Below are positions 17,956 through 29,381 of a stretch of DNA of 64,000 bases, one piece after another (the stretch's first letter is position 1; each line of letters begins with the position of its first letter). The stretch is from an uncultured Alphaproteobacteria bacterium (GTDB taxonomy: Bacteria; Pseudomonadota; Alphaproteobacteria; Parvibaculales; Parvibaculaceae). Where the stretch lies: NCBI GenBank assembly GCA_903889655.1, contig CAISYL010000199.1, positions 22,966 to 86,965 of the forward strand. The letters are read 5' to 3'. The notes beneath the pieces are model-generated. The model saw only the letters and a program-made list of their open reading frames with translations, was not told the DNA's origin and did no database searches. The translations under genes and the position numbers were made by a program.

Positions 17956-18061
17956 TTTTTGCTCTTGTCGATCATGCTGGATGAAACAGCGGCTGGAGGA
18001 TTTTCGTGACGAAACGGGGACACCGCTCCGTCGCGAATTAATGCGCCAGACCGGACCCGGT

Positions 18062-19315
18062 CTAATGCGCGTGCAGCTTCACCGGCAAGTGGGTGAACCC
18101 GCGGATGAAGTTGGACAGCGTCCTCTCGGGCGCGCCGACGACCTCCACCTTGCTGAAGCGCTTCAGGATTTCTTCCCAGATGATCCGCAGTTGCAGTTCC
18201 GCCACGCGGTTCCCCATGCAGCGATGCACGCCGAAACCGAAGGAAAGATGGTGACGGGAATTCGGGCGGTCGATGATGAACTCGTTCGGACGGTCGATCA
18301 CCTCATCGTCCCGGTTTCCCGAGAGGTACCACATGACGACCTTGTCGCCCTTCCTGATCTTCTTGCCGCCGATATCGGCGTCCATGAGCGCCGTCCGACG
18401 CATATGCGTCAGCGGCGTCTGCCAGCGGATGATCTCGGGGATCATTTTCGGGATGAGGCCCGGATTGGCCATGAGCTTGCGATATTCCGCCGGGTTCTGA
18501 TTGAGTGCGAGTACCCCGCCGCTAATCGAATTGCGCGTGGTGTCGTTGCCGCCGACGATCAGCAGCATCAAGTTCCCGAGAAACTCAAGGAACGGCATGT
18601 CCCGCGTCGCCGGCGAATGCGCCATCATCGAGATCAGATCGGACTTTGGCGGCTCGTTGATGCGTTTGTCCCACAGATCTTTGAAATAGTACGCGCATTC
18701 GAGAAGTTCCTCGCGGCGCTGTTCCCAAGACGAGACCACGCCAGTTTCGGGCGTGGCCGTTGCCACGTCCGACCAGCGGGTGAGCCTGCGCCGCTCCTCC
18801 CAGGGGAAATCGAACAACGTCGCCAGCGTCATCGTCGTCAGCTCGACGGACACCCTGTCGACCCAATCGATCTCTTCGCCGATGGGAAGCGAGTCAAGAA
18901 TAAGCCCCGCGCGCTCGCGGATGATGGGCTCCAGCAGAACAAGATTGGACGGCGCGACCGCCGGACTGACCGCCTTGCGCTGCGCATCGTGCTTGGGTGG
19001 ATCCATCGCAATGAACATTTCGAGTTCAAGTGCGCTCTCACCTGTTTGCATGTCCTGGATGGCGATGCCGCCTATCTTGGCTTCGGAGGAGAACGTCTGG
19101 TGGTTCACCTCGACCTGCATAATGTCGTTGAATTTTGTTACCGACCAGTAGGGGCCGTAGGCGCTCTCGGGGCAATAGTGGACGGGGTCTTCCCGCCGCA
19201 GCCGCGCGAAGTAGCTCCCGATCGTGTCGTTTTGAAAGAGCTGCGGATCGCTGACATCCATCTGAGACAGCGGGACCGTCAAAGCCGGATCGCGCACCAA
19301 TGTGTCAGTCGTCAT
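18062..19315 (-). CDS. Cytochrome P450, CYP153 family (copy 1)
   Basis: MFIAMDPPKHDAQRK, I-helix LLIVGGNDTTRNS, IIRWQTPLTHMRRTA, heme loop HLSFGFGVHRCMGNRVAE. Start at 19315 with GGGAGGA SD. Confidence 0.9.
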   Translation of the reverse strand: MTTDTLVRDPALTVPLSQMDVSDPQLFQNDTIGSYFARLRREDPVHYCPESAYGPYWSVTKFNDIMQVEVNHQTFSSEAKIGGIAIQDMQTGESALELEMFIAMDPPKHDAQRKAVSPAVAPSNLVLLEPIIRERAGLILDSLPIGEEIDWVDRVSVELTTMTLATLFDFPWEERRRLTRWSDVATATPETGVVSSWEQRREELLECAYYFKDLWDKRINEPPKSDLISMMAHSPATRDMPFLEFLGNLMLLIVGGNDTTRNSISGGVLALNQNPAEYRKLMANPGLIPKMIPEIIRWQTPLTHMRRTALMDADIGGKKIRKGDKVVMWYLSGNRDDEVIDRPNEFIIDRPNSRHHLSFGFGVHRCMGNRVAELQLRIIWEEILKRFSKVEVVGAPERTLSNFIRGFTHLPVKLHAH

Positions 19316-19448
19316 CTCTCTGTCCTCCCGATCGACGTCTGTGCGGCATCCACCCGTCACGGCGCATGCAATACTTCACATAAATTCATTATAATAGATC
19401 ATATGGACAATTCGGTGTCAAACGCTCTCGGTCGCCGCTGCGGTTCCA

Positions 19449-21098
<1,650 letters not shown>

Positions 21099-21240
21099 TC
21101 ATATCCACCGTATGCCGCCTTGACCGGCTACATTCCCCCGCCACGATGAGGCGAGGGTCGCTCCAGAATTCACCTTGTCGAAACCATAGTTCAGTCGCCG
21201 AGCAATCTTCCTCGCAGCGCCGGGACCAGAGCTGCGTTGC

Positions 21241-21687
21241 CTATGCGGGCCTTGGATCGCGAATGAGAACAGTCCCCTGCGCCGCACAACAGGCACGGCC
21301 CTCGTTCGTCACATCGATGCGAACCACCGCAGTCGATTTTGTCATCGCGATCAGCTCGGCCACCGCTATCACCTTGCCCGAGGATACCGGCGCCAGCAGA
21401 TTGAGTTTGAATTCCGTCGTCGCCGCCCACTGTCCTTTCCGCATATGCGGATAGCAAACGCAGCCGAGAACATGGTCGCACATCGCAGCCAGCACCCCGC
21501 CATGCATGTTTCCGATCGGCGTCAACAGCCGGTCTGAGACTTCCATCTCGGCAGTGAGCTTACCCGGCTCGACATGTGTGATGCGAACCCCCAGAAACTC
21601 GGGCAACCCTTTCATTGAATTGCTGGCATTTATGAAACCCTGTGCGATTTCCTGGTTGAACTCCGGCAGCTTTGCAACAATTGTCAT
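21241..21687 (-). CDS. PaaI/hotdog-fold acyl-CoA thioesterase
   Basis: GNMHGGVLAAMCDHVLG core. Start set to the ATG at 21687 (GGAGAA SD); the ORF-track start at 21711 is a TTG. Confidence 0.75.
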   Translation of the reverse strand: MTIVAKLPEFNQEIAQGFINASNSMKGLPEFLGVRITHVEPGKLTAEMEVSDRLLTPIGNMHGGVLAAMCDHVLGCVCYPHMRKGQWAATTEFKLNLLAPVSSGKVIAVAELIAMTKSTAVVRIDVTNEGRACCAAQGTVLIRDPRPA

Positions 21688-21739
21688 CTCGTTTTTCTCC
21701 GAAACCTTCAATGGTACCCAAGGCGCGCGCAGCCGAGTC

Positions 21740-22873
21740 TTACAGATAGATATTTGCCCTGCCCAGCGAGCTTTCGGCGCTTTTCACGAGATCGGCCATG
21801 ACTTCCGCAGCCGGCCTCACCTTGTGAATGAGACCCATGCCCTGCCCCGCAAAACCGGGAGCGATATCTTTCCGCTTTACCGCCGCCGCCGCCGCCAGCA
21901 CCGGCATCGCAACCATGGGCTGGAAGGGCATGGGCAACGGCTCCAGACCCGCCTCGGCAAAAGCCTCGGACCATTTGTTGCGAATGATGCGGGCCGGCTT
22001 TCCGGTGACGGTCCGGGAAACAAGCGTATCGCCGTCACCCGACTCGACAATCGCTTCCTTCTGGAAATCCTCGATGCCGGCCTCATCGGTCGCGAGAAAC
22101 GCCGTACCGATCCAGGCGCCTTCGGCGCCGAGCATCATTGCAGCCGCGATGCCGCGCCCGTCGGAAATGCCGCCCGCGCCGAGTACGGGAATGCGACCCG
22201 CAATCGCATCGACAACCTGCGGGATGAGCGCCATCGTTCCGATGGGTGAATTGTGCCCGCCCCCGTCATGGCCCTGCGCGACGATCAGATCGATGCCGGA
22301 ATTGACCACCTGCAGGGCATGCTTCACCGCGCCGACGACCGCCATCACCTTGGTGCCGTTGGCGTGGAGCCGATCAAGCCAAGGCCCCGGATTGCCGAGA
22401 CCCGCCGCATAGACAGGAACCCGCTCCTCAACCACAACTTCCATTTGCGCTTCGAAGAATTCTTTCGAAAACAGCGGCGCGTTCGATTTGGACGAACGGT
22501 GAGCTTCCTCGGATTCCCGCGCCCTGGATTTCAGCGGCGGTATGTTTTCCTTCTTCATGAATTCTTGCGCGAATTTCTGGTACTCAGGCAGCAAATCCAT
22601 CGGAGACGGACCAGCCTTGCCCTTATAGGCTTCCCTGCGCACGGAGGCTGGCAGCAGGGTGTCCACACCAAACGGCTTGTCCGTAAGCGACCGCGTTTCC
22701 CGAATCCATTCACGCAGTTGATCGGGAGAGCAGGCAGCCGCGCCGAGCACACCAAGGCCACCCGCATTCGATACCGCCGCCGCAAGCCGTGGAACGCTCG
22801 CGCCGCCCATACCGGCCAGCAAGATCGGGTATTTAATGCCCAGAATATCACATACTCGACTATGCAGGGTCAC
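21740..22873 (-). CDS. Nitronate monooxygenase (NMO/2-nitropropane dioxygenase) family FMN protein, possibly an enoyl reductase
   Basis: GIKYPILLAGMGG, GLGVLGAA, VAQGHDGGGH. GTG start at 22873 has a GGGAGGA SD; the upstream ATG at 22900 has none. Confidence 0.8.
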   Translation of the reverse strand: MTLHSRVCDILGIKYPILLAGMGGASVPRLAAAVSNAGGLGVLGAAACSPDQLREWIRETRSLTDKPFGVDTLLPASVRREAYKGKAGPSPMDLLPEYQKFAQEFMKKENIPPLKSRARESEEAHRSSKSNAPLFSKEFFEAQMEVVVEERVPVYAAGLGNPGPWLDRLHANGTKVMAVVGAVKHALQVVNSGIDLIVAQGHDGGGHNSPIGTMALIPQVVDAIAGRIPVLGAGGISDGRGIAAAMMLGAEGAWIGTAFLATDEAGIEDFQKEAIVESGDGDTLVSRTVTGKPARIIRNKWSEAFAEAGLEPLPMPFQPMVAMPVLAAAAAVKRKDIAPGFAGQGMGLIHKVRPAAEVMADLVKSAESSLGRANIYL

Positions 22874-22910
22874 AGCTATCCTCCCATTAAGCGGCTTCAT
22901 CGACCGCGTT

Positions 22911-22926
22911 ATTTATGATCATAAAT
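22911..22926. promoter_or_regulatory. Perfect 16-bp palindrome, operator candidate
   Basis: ATTTATGATCATAAAT lies between the gntR stop (22989) and the NMO start (22873). AT-only sequence in GC-rich DNA. Confidence 0.35.
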
Positions 22927-22988
22927 TATCGAATTCCGGGGAGCGGCACAAGTGTCGCAAAAACGACCTTGGCATCGCAAATACTCGC

Positions 22989-23792
22989 CTAGCATTTCCG
23001 TCGGGGAACCCGCGGCGCGCTCAGGTCGTCAGCATCCTGCCAACGCACGATTTTGGACATGATGTCGGGATGACGAGCTTCCAGATACTTGTCGGATCGG
23101 CTTACGAACCGGGACATTTCGGTGAATGCGAGGTCTGGATTGCGATCTTCAATCGCCTTGAGAAGCCGCCCGTACGCCTTGATCTGATAGTCGCGCTCAC
23201 CCTCCGTATAAGTTATGCCGACTTCCGACGCATTCGTGATGTTGTGAAGCGAACCGATCAAGAATCCGATCAAGGGATTGCCAGACGCCCAGGCAAGCAC
23301 GTCGTGAAAACGCCTGTTCTCCTCCGCATAGGAGTCGCAAGAAACAGACAACGTCTTCAAAGTCGCCAATGACGTATTCAGTTTGTCGATATCTTCTTCG
23401 GACGCACGCTCTGCCGCAAGCGACGCCATGGTCGGGCCCACCGCTTGCCTCACTTCAATCAGCGAACGGAACGTTGTGCCGAGAAACTGGAGCAGCAACG
23501 CCATCGTGCTGGCAAAATCTTTCGGCCGCGGCTCCTGAACGATCGGCCCGCCGCCGGGACCGGGCCGCAGGAAAATGATGCCCTGCAATTCGAGAAACCT
23601 GAGCGCCTCCCGCAAGGTCGCGCGGGCCACTCCATACCGCACGAGCATCTCCTGTTCGGGCAGCAAACGATCTCCGATCTCGGCGCCTTGCTGCTCGATG
23701 TCTTCGACGATCCGCCGCGCAACTGTGAGGGCACGCTTGCCGGACCCTTTCGGAAACCGGCTGGTTCGTGAAACGGGCACGGTCGCTTTCAT
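22989..23792 (-). CDS. GntR-family (FadR/FCD subfamily) transcriptional regulator
   Basis: Winged-helix LLPEQEMLVRYGVARATLREALRFLELQGII plus an all-helical C-terminal domain. ATG at 23792 preferred over the TTG at 23807. Confidence 0.85.
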   Translation of the reverse strand: MKATVPVSRTSRFPKGSGKRALTVARRIVEDIEQQGAEIGDRLLPEQEMLVRYGVARATLREALRFLELQGIIFLRPGPGGGPIVQEPRPKDFASTMALLLQFLGTTFRSLIEVRQAVGPTMASLAAERASEEDIDKLNTSLATLKTLSVSCDSYAEENRRFHDVLAWASGNPLIGFLIGSLHNITNASEVGITYTEGERDYQIKAYGRLLKAIEDRNPDLAFTEMSRFVSRSDKYLEARHPDIMSKIVRWQDADDLSAPRVPRRKC

Positions 23793-23882
23793 TTCAGATA
23801 CCCACAATCTTCATTTTCAAGGCCAATCGCCTCCGATCAAGGAACGGCTGGGAGAACCCGCCTACAACACCATCGTCCGTGA

Positions 23883-23910
23883 TTGCAACATGCCGTCAAT
23901 TCATCATAAT
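23883..23910 (+). promoter_or_regulatory. Candidate sigma70 promoter for the hydrolase/crotonase pair
   Basis: TTGCAA-N16-CATAAT, 47 nt upstream of the ATG at 23957. The -10 lies in TTCATCATAATGGA (23900-23913), a member of the recurrent motif. Confidence 0.4.
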
Positions 23911-23956
23911 GGATTTCAACCTTTAGTAAACATACGAAACCATTGGAATAAAGCAT

Positions 23957-24835
23957 ATGACGTCCGCAAACCGGACCTTGTTCACCCTTGTCCAGAATCT
24001 CAAAATCGCGGCGGAGGCATTCGGTCCCGACCAGGGGCGTCCGGTTCTGCTCGCCCATGGCGGCGGGCAGACACGCCATGCATGGCAAGCCTGCGGTAAA
24101 ACGTTGGGAGAAAACGGTTATTACGCCCTCGCCGTCGATTTGCGCGGGCACGGCGAAAGCGACTGGTCTCCGGACGGAGACTACAGAATGGAGCGTTTCG
24201 CGGAAGATCTCCTCGACATCGCGGACGGCTTCCGCGTGCCTCCCATCCTGGTCGGCGCGTCTCTCGGCGGCATCGCGGGCATGATCGCGCAGGGAGAATA
24301 TGCGAAGGCCGGACGGCGCGGGTTTGCGGCGCTGATCCTCGTCGACATCACCCCTCAGATGAACATGGAGGGGGTTCAAAAAATTCTCGGATTCATGTCG
24401 TCGAATCTGGAAGAAGGCTTCGCCTCGCTTGAGGAAGCAGCCGATACGATCTCGCGCTACATGCCCGGCCGGACTCGCCCCAAAGACCTGAGCGGACTGG
24501 CGAAGAACCTTCGCCTCAGGGAAAACGGCCGCTACTACTGGCATTGGGACCCGCGTTTCATCACCGGCACGCAAAAGCCACAAGGCAGCCGCGAACCCGA
24601 ACGCCTAGAAATAGCGGCGCGTTCCCTGAAAATACCAACGCTCCTCGTCCGGGGCCGCGACAGCGACCTCGTGACGGTCGAAGCGGCGCGGCAATTCGCC
24701 GAAATTGTTCCTCATTCCGAGTTTGTCGATGTCGCAAATGCGGGCCATATGGTAGCGGGCGACAAGAACGACATATTTACAAGCGCCGTTCTGGATTTTC
24801 TGACGCGAATGGCACCCGCCGCGAGCGCATCGTAG
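23957..24835 (+). CDS. Alpha/beta-fold hydrolase (esterase/lactonase candidate)
   Basis: HGGGQTRHAW oxyanion region, nucleophile elbow GASLGG, C-terminal AGHMV histidine. 292 aa. Confidence 0.85.
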   Translation: MTSANRTLFTLVQNLKIAAEAFGPDQGRPVLLAHGGGQTRHAWQACGKTLGENGYYALAVDLRGHGESDWSPDGDYRMERFAEDLLDIADGFRVPPILVGASLGGIAGMIAQGEYAKAGRRGFAALILVDITPQMNMEGVQKILGFMSSNLEEGFASLEEAADTISRYMPGRTRPKDLSGLAKNLRLRENGRYYWHWDPRFITGTQKPQGSREPERLEIAARSLKIPTLLVRGRDSDLVTVEAARQFAEIVPHSEFVDVANAGHMVAGDKNDIFTSAVLDFLTRMAPAASAS

Positions 24836-24924
24836 CCAGCCCAGGCGGGTTCATTCACGCGTGTGCGTCTTCGACAGATGAAGACGCCATAAAAAAAGAT
24901 CGAGAAGAGGAAGGGAGAAAGCCT

Positions 24925-25665
24925 ATGTCGAATCTGGTTCTTCGCAAGGACAGCGGGCGCATTTGCACGCTGACACTCAACCGTCCGGAAACCTTGAACG
25001 CACTCAATGTCCCTCTGTTCGAAGAATTGCGCGGGCATGTCGATACGCTTCGCGGACAGGTTCACGAGGTGGCATGCGTCATCATCACGGGCGCGGGCAA
25101 GGCTTTTTCAGCCGGCCACGATCTGAAGGACATCCAGAAAGGCGAGCGCCCGCCGGAGCCGCATTTCCAAGCGAAGACCATTCAGGCGCTGGCCGAACTG
25201 CCGCAACCGGTCGTCGCCTGCATCCGCGGGCATTGCTACACCGGCGGACTCGAGCTTGCGCTCGCGGCCGACATCATCATCGCCGCGCGCTCCGCCAAGT
25301 TCGGCGACACGCATAGCAAGTGGGGGCTGAGCCCGCTCTGGGGCATGACGCAAAGACTGCCGCGTCGCGTCGGGCTGTCGAAGGCCAAGCAGATGATGTT
25401 TACCTCCGATGTTTTCGCGGCGGAGACGGCGGAGCGCATGGGACTGGTCGACATTTGTGTCGACGATGCCGAACTGGAACAGGCGACAAACGACCTTGCT
25501 CAGCGTATCGCCGCCAATTCGACCTACAGCAATCAGGTCAACAAAGGTCTGCTGGGCGCGACCGATGGCATGACCGGCCAGGCAGGGCTGGCCTACGAAC
25601 TCGCGCACAGCCCCGGCGCCTGTTTTGACGCGCGCGAACGGGTCGCCTCATTCGGAAAAAAATGA
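24925..25665 (+). CDS. Enoyl-CoA hydratase/isomerase (crotonase) family protein
   Basis: LTLNRPETLNAL, ITGAGKAFSAGHDLK, CYTGGLELALAAD. Start at 24925 with GAGGAAGGGAG SD; the 373-aa track ORF is an artificial N-terminal extension. Confidence 0.85.
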   Translation: MSNLVLRKDSGRICTLTLNRPETLNALNVPLFEELRGHVDTLRGQVHEVACVIITGAGKAFSAGHDLKDIQKGERPPEPHFQAKTIQALAELPQPVVACIRGHCYTGGLELALAADIIIAARSAKFGDTHSKWGLSPLWGMTQRLPRRVGLSKAKQMMFTSDVFAAETAERMGLVDICVDDAELEQATNDLAQRIAANSTYSNQVNKGLLGATDGMTGQAGLAYELAHSPGACFDARERVASFGKK

Positions 25666-25735
25666 CGGTGGGGGCCATTCGCCGCGCCGCCAACGACCTT
25701 GTCGACGGGTGGAAGTTTTCCACCAGTCTCCAGGT

Positions 25736-27001
25736 TCAGCCCGGGATTCTTACCGGCAAGGCCTCAGAGCCCTTGATGAAGTTGGAAAAAACCCGCTTTG
25801 GTTCGCCGACCACTTTGATCGGCTTGTCGGGCCAGCGCTTCAGGATTTCTTCCCAGACGATGCGGAGTTGCATTTCCGCCAGCCGGTTGCCGACGCAGCG
25901 ATGGATGCCGAAGCCGAAGGAGAGATGTTGACGCGGCCTTAGACGATCGATGATGAAGCGGTTCGGCTCGTCGATCGCCTCCTCGTCCCGGTTGCCAGAG
26001 ACGTACCACATGACAACCCTGTCGCCCTTCTTGATCTTCTTGCCGGCCAACTCCGTATCCTGGAGCGCGGTGCGGCGCATATGGGTGAGCGGCGTCTGCC
26101 AACGGATGATTTCCGGGATCATGGTTTCGACGAGCGCCGGATTTTCGCGCAGCTTCCTGTATTGATCCGGGTTCTCGTGGAGCGCGAGCAGGCCGCCGGT
26201 AAGCGAATTGCGGGTCGTGTCGTTGCCGCCGACGATCAGCAGAATGACATTTCCCAAATACTCCATCGGACTCATGTTCTTGGTGGACTCACCCTGGGCC
26301 AACATGGTGATGAGATCGCCGCCCGGTTCGGTTGCGTTGACACGCCGGTTCCACAACTCGGTGAAATAGGTGGCGCATTCGAGAAGCTCCGCTTCGCGGG
26401 CCGCCTCGCCTTCCGGTGTCTTGAAGGCTTCCTCCGAGGTTGCGACGTCAGACCAGCGGGTGAGTTTCCGGCGTTCTTCCCAAGGGAAGTCGAACAGGGT
26501 GGCGAGCATCTGCGTGGTCAGCTCGATCGACACGCGATCGACCCAGTTAAACGTCTCGTTGACCGGAAGCGAATCGAGAATCTTGCCGGCGCGCTCGCGG
26601 ATCGTGCCTTCGAGTTTTGCTAGATTTCCGGGCGCGACAATCGGGCTTACTACCTTGCGCTGCGCGTCGTGCTTCGGGGGGTCCATTGCGATGAACATCG
26701 GAAGCTTCAGACCTGCGTTATTGTCGCGAATCGTAATGCCGCCCTGCTCGACGTCGGACGAATAGATGCCATGGTTGGTCTCCACTTGCATGATGTCCTT
26801 GTACTTCGTCACGGACCAGAAAGGTCCATAGGCGCTTTCCGCACAATAATGCACGGGATCCTCGCGACGCAGCCGTTCGAAATACAGCCACATCCGATCG
26901 GACCTGAAGAGCTCCGGATCGCTGACATTGATTTTGTCGAGCGGAATGGCATATGGATCGTCCAGGGACCGGACGCGCTCGGCTACGTTCATGCTGCTCA
27001 T
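25736..27001 (-). CDS. Cytochrome P450, CYP153 family (copy 2)
   Basis: 421 aa. LLIVGGNDTTRNS, IIRWQTPLTHMRRTA, HLSFGFGIHRCVGNRLAE, C-terminus WPDKPIKVVGEP shared with copy 3. Confidence 0.9.
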   Translation of the reverse strand: MSSMNVAERVRSLDDPYAIPLDKINVSDPELFRSDRMWLYFERLRREDPVHYCAESAYGPFWSVTKYKDIMQVETNHGIYSSDVEQGGITIRDNNAGLKLPMFIAMDPPKHDAQRKVVSPIVAPGNLAKLEGTIRERAGKILDSLPVNETFNWVDRVSIELTTQMLATLFDFPWEERRKLTRWSDVATSEEAFKTPEGEAAREAELLECATYFTELWNRRVNATEPGGDLITMLAQGESTKNMSPMEYLGNVILLIVGGNDTTRNSLTGGLLALHENPDQYRKLRENPALVETMIPEIIRWQTPLTHMRRTALQDTELAGKKIKKGDRVVMWYVSGNRDEEAIDEPNRFIIDRLRPRQHLSFGFGIHRCVGNRLAEMQLRIVWEEILKRWPDKPIKVVGEPKRVFSNFIKGSEALPVRIPG

Positions 27002-27047
27002 GGTCTTATCCTCGTTTGTGGACGAATATTCACCGACGCAATCACTC

Positions 27048-28163
27048 CTATTTGGCGGCGATCGTCACGCGACCGCGCATGCCGCCGACACTTCCATTGA
27101 CTTCCTGACGCTTCAGACGCGGTAAAACCTTTTCCGCGAAAAGTTTCATGTTTTTGGTGGCAAGTTCCTGCGGCATGCCGCCGTAGCTGAAAATGGAAAT
27201 CAACCCGGCCGCATCGACGCGCTTCTGGTTCTCCATGATCTTCTCGTAGACCTGATCCGGTGTGCCCCAGATTTGAAGCTTCGCCAGAAAATCGACAAAC
27301 TCGTCGACACCGTGCTTCTCGATGTTGTTGGCAAGAGCACCGTAGTACTCATAGCCCTTGATGTCCGCGAGCCCCTTGTTGTGAAATTCGTAATGGTTCA
27401 GGGCCGAACGGCTATATCCCCTTATGTATTTTTCGTACATCTCCTGAGCGACCGATGCATCCTCATGACAGGCGATGAAACTGGCGATGATCGGCTTGGG
27501 CGCCTCGGCCCCGTTTATCTCCCTGTAGATTTCCCGATAGTTGTTGAGTTCGGCGACCGTCGTTTCCCAAGGCTTCTGAGCGATGATCAGAATGCCAATG
27601 CCGAGCCGCGCCATGATGCGCGCCGACTCCGGGGAAACCGCCGCCGCATAGGTCCGGCCGCGGAAACTCTGGAACGGAAACGGCCTGATGGCCGTTCGCG
27701 GTTGTTTATAGAACTGCCCGTTCGCCTCGATATAACCCGTTTCGAAAGCGTTCAAAATGGCCTCCGCATATTCGACGAAACGTTCTCGGGATTCACCCAT
27801 GTTGATGCGGAATCCCTCGAACTCGATCCGACCGAGGCCGCGGCCGACGCCCAGAATGGCGCGGCCTTTCGAAACATGGTCGAGCACCAGCACTTCTTCC
27901 GCGAGACGGACGGGATCGTGCCAGGGCAGTACCATCACCATCGAGCCGAGACCGACTCTGTTGGTACGACCAGCCATATAGGTGAGGAACTGCGCCACAT
28001 TCGGGCACATGGTGTATTCGTCGAAATGGTGCTCGGCCGCCCATATGGAATCGAAGCCGAGCGGTTCGGCCATGTCGGCCATCGCGATTTCATGGGCGTA
28101 GACCTCATGGTCGGTATAACCGCCAGCGAGGTTCTGAAAGAACGTGCTCATGCCGACATGCAT
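27048..28163 (-). CDS. Luciferase-like (LLM class) flavin-dependent monooxygenase
   Basis: LGFDSIWAAEHHF, LGVGRG. 371 aa. Start at 28163 with AAGGAGA SD. Confidence 0.85.
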   Translation of the reverse strand: MHVGMSTFFQNLAGGYTDHEVYAHEIAMADMAEPLGFDSIWAAEHHFDEYTMCPNVAQFLTYMAGRTNRVGLGSMVMVLPWHDPVRLAEEVLVLDHVSKGRAILGVGRGLGRIEFEGFRINMGESRERFVEYAEAILNAFETGYIEANGQFYKQPRTAIRPFPFQSFRGRTYAAAVSPESARIMARLGIGILIIAQKPWETTVAELNNYREIYREINGAEAPKPIIASFIACHEDASVAQEMYEKYIRGYSRSALNHYEFHNKGLADIKGYEYYGALANNIEKHGVDEFVDFLAKLQIWGTPDQVYEKIMENQKRVDAAGLISIFSYGGMPQELATKNMKLFAEKVLPRLKRQEVNGSVGGMRGRVTIAAK

Positions 28164-28191
28164 GGGAATCTCCTTTTTGTTCAATTCCGCT

Positions 28192-29343
28192 TCACGCGGC
28201 GTCGATCCCAAGCGTTTTCTTGATCGACCTGTGGAAATATGCGAGAGCCGGCTCGTTGGCGCCGAAAGTCACAAAATCTTGTGCGCCCGAGTGAAAATCG
28301 CGCTGGATATTTTCCGCCAGCGGAAAATCCTCCTGCTGCACCGTCGCCATCAGCAAGTCCATGTTTTTGGTCCAGTACTTTCTGGCCTTGTCGGTGACGG
28401 CGGGTTCGGGCGTATAGAGAGAGACGTGCATTTTCGATTCATCCACGCTGTCGCCCGGATAAACCCTCCACGTCTCCAGATGATCGCCCTGCATGATGAA
28501 GACCGTATTCGGAAAGAGCACGTATACGAGGGCGGAGTGGCGAATCAGATCCCACTCGCTTTCCGGTCTCTGGCGCAACGCATCGATCGTCTTGCGGGCG
28601 CCAATCATGCGCAGATTTCGCGCCATGCCGTCGAACGTGCCGAGGTTCGAGTGCAGGATCGGCGCGATCGTGTTCTTGTGCAGCGTGCTCAGATGGTAAG
28701 TTTCGAGAAACGTGTCGATCACGAGCTTCCAGTTGAGGCGGGCCCGGAGCACGCGCGTCTCGTAGTGGCTGTAGCACGCAAGACCAAACGCGGCGAGATC
28801 GTCCGCCATGCCCGCAAGGTGGCTGTCGATGTCGATCGACTCGCCGGGCGTCGGCATGACCCAGATCATGCCGTATTTCTCCACCACCGGCAGAGACCGC
28901 AAGCCGTTGCTCGTTTTGTCGACGCTCTCGAAGCCCTGCTCGAACGGTATCGACCTCAGCCTGCCGCTCCGGTCGTAGGTCCATGCGTGATAGGGACAAC
29001 TGAACACGGCCTTGCCGCTGCCGCAGCCCGACGCGACGCGCGCGCCGCGGTGGCGGCAGACATTGATGAAAGCATTGACCTGCCCCGCTTCATCCCGCAC
29101 CGCCAGGATCGGCACGCCTGAAAAATCGTCGGTTACATAGTCGCCGGGATTGGGCAATTCGCAACTCAACCCGATCAGAAGCGGCTCATCCCGGAACAGC
29201 ACCTCCCGTTCTCGGCTAGCCTGGTCCGGACTAGTGTAGTCGCTGACATGATGATGATACACGGCATCGCCCATCGCGGTCTCACCCGCGTCGAGATAGC
29301 CGAAAATCTTCTGCAGCTGTTCGACCTGGGCTTCGTGTTTCAT
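28192..29343 (-). CDS. Rieske [2Fe-2S] non-heme iron oxygenase, alpha-only (phthalate-family-like) type
   Basis: CRHRGARV-(17 aa total between H and C)-CPYHAW Rieske motif. 383 aa. No beta subunit adjacent. Start at 29343 (MKHEAQ). Confidence 0.85.
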   Translation of the reverse strand: MKHEAQVEQLQKIFGYLDAGETAMGDAVYHHHVSDYTSPDQASREREVLFRDEPLLIGLSCELPNPGDYVTDDFSGVPILAVRDEAGQVNAFINVCRHRGARVASGCGSGKAVFSCPYHAWTYDRSGRLRSIPFEQGFESVDKTSNGLRSLPVVEKYGMIWVMPTPGESIDIDSHLAGMADDLAAFGLACYSHYETRVLRARLNWKLVIDTFLETYHLSTLHKNTIAPILHSNLGTFDGMARNLRMIGARKTIDALRQRPESEWDLIRHSALVYVLFPNTVFIMQGDHLETWRVYPGDSVDESKMHVSLYTPEPAVTDKARKYWTKNMDLLMATVQQEDFPLAENIQRDFHSGAQDFVTFGANEPALAYFHRSIKKTLGIDAA

Positions 29344-29381
29344 GATCGCGCGTCTCCCGACGATGTCCACTTGATTATCCG

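Noticed and set aside
24865-24887. Hairpin GCGTCTTC-GACAGAT-GAAGACGC between the hydrolase and crotonase genes as a terminator
   Set aside because: On the transcribed (plus) strand it is followed by an A-run, not a U-tract. The flanking genes are co-directional and 89 nt apart. At most it is an mRNA-stability element.
24544-24924. Long N-terminal extensions offered by the ORF track (24544 for the crotonase; likewise 32139-32363, 43658-44167, 51464-51721, 29344-29574, 12485-12655)
   Set aside because: The extensions overlap the upstream gene, are R/P/G-rich and lack homology-like sequence. Internal starts have strong GGAG-type SD sites and give family-typical N-termini.
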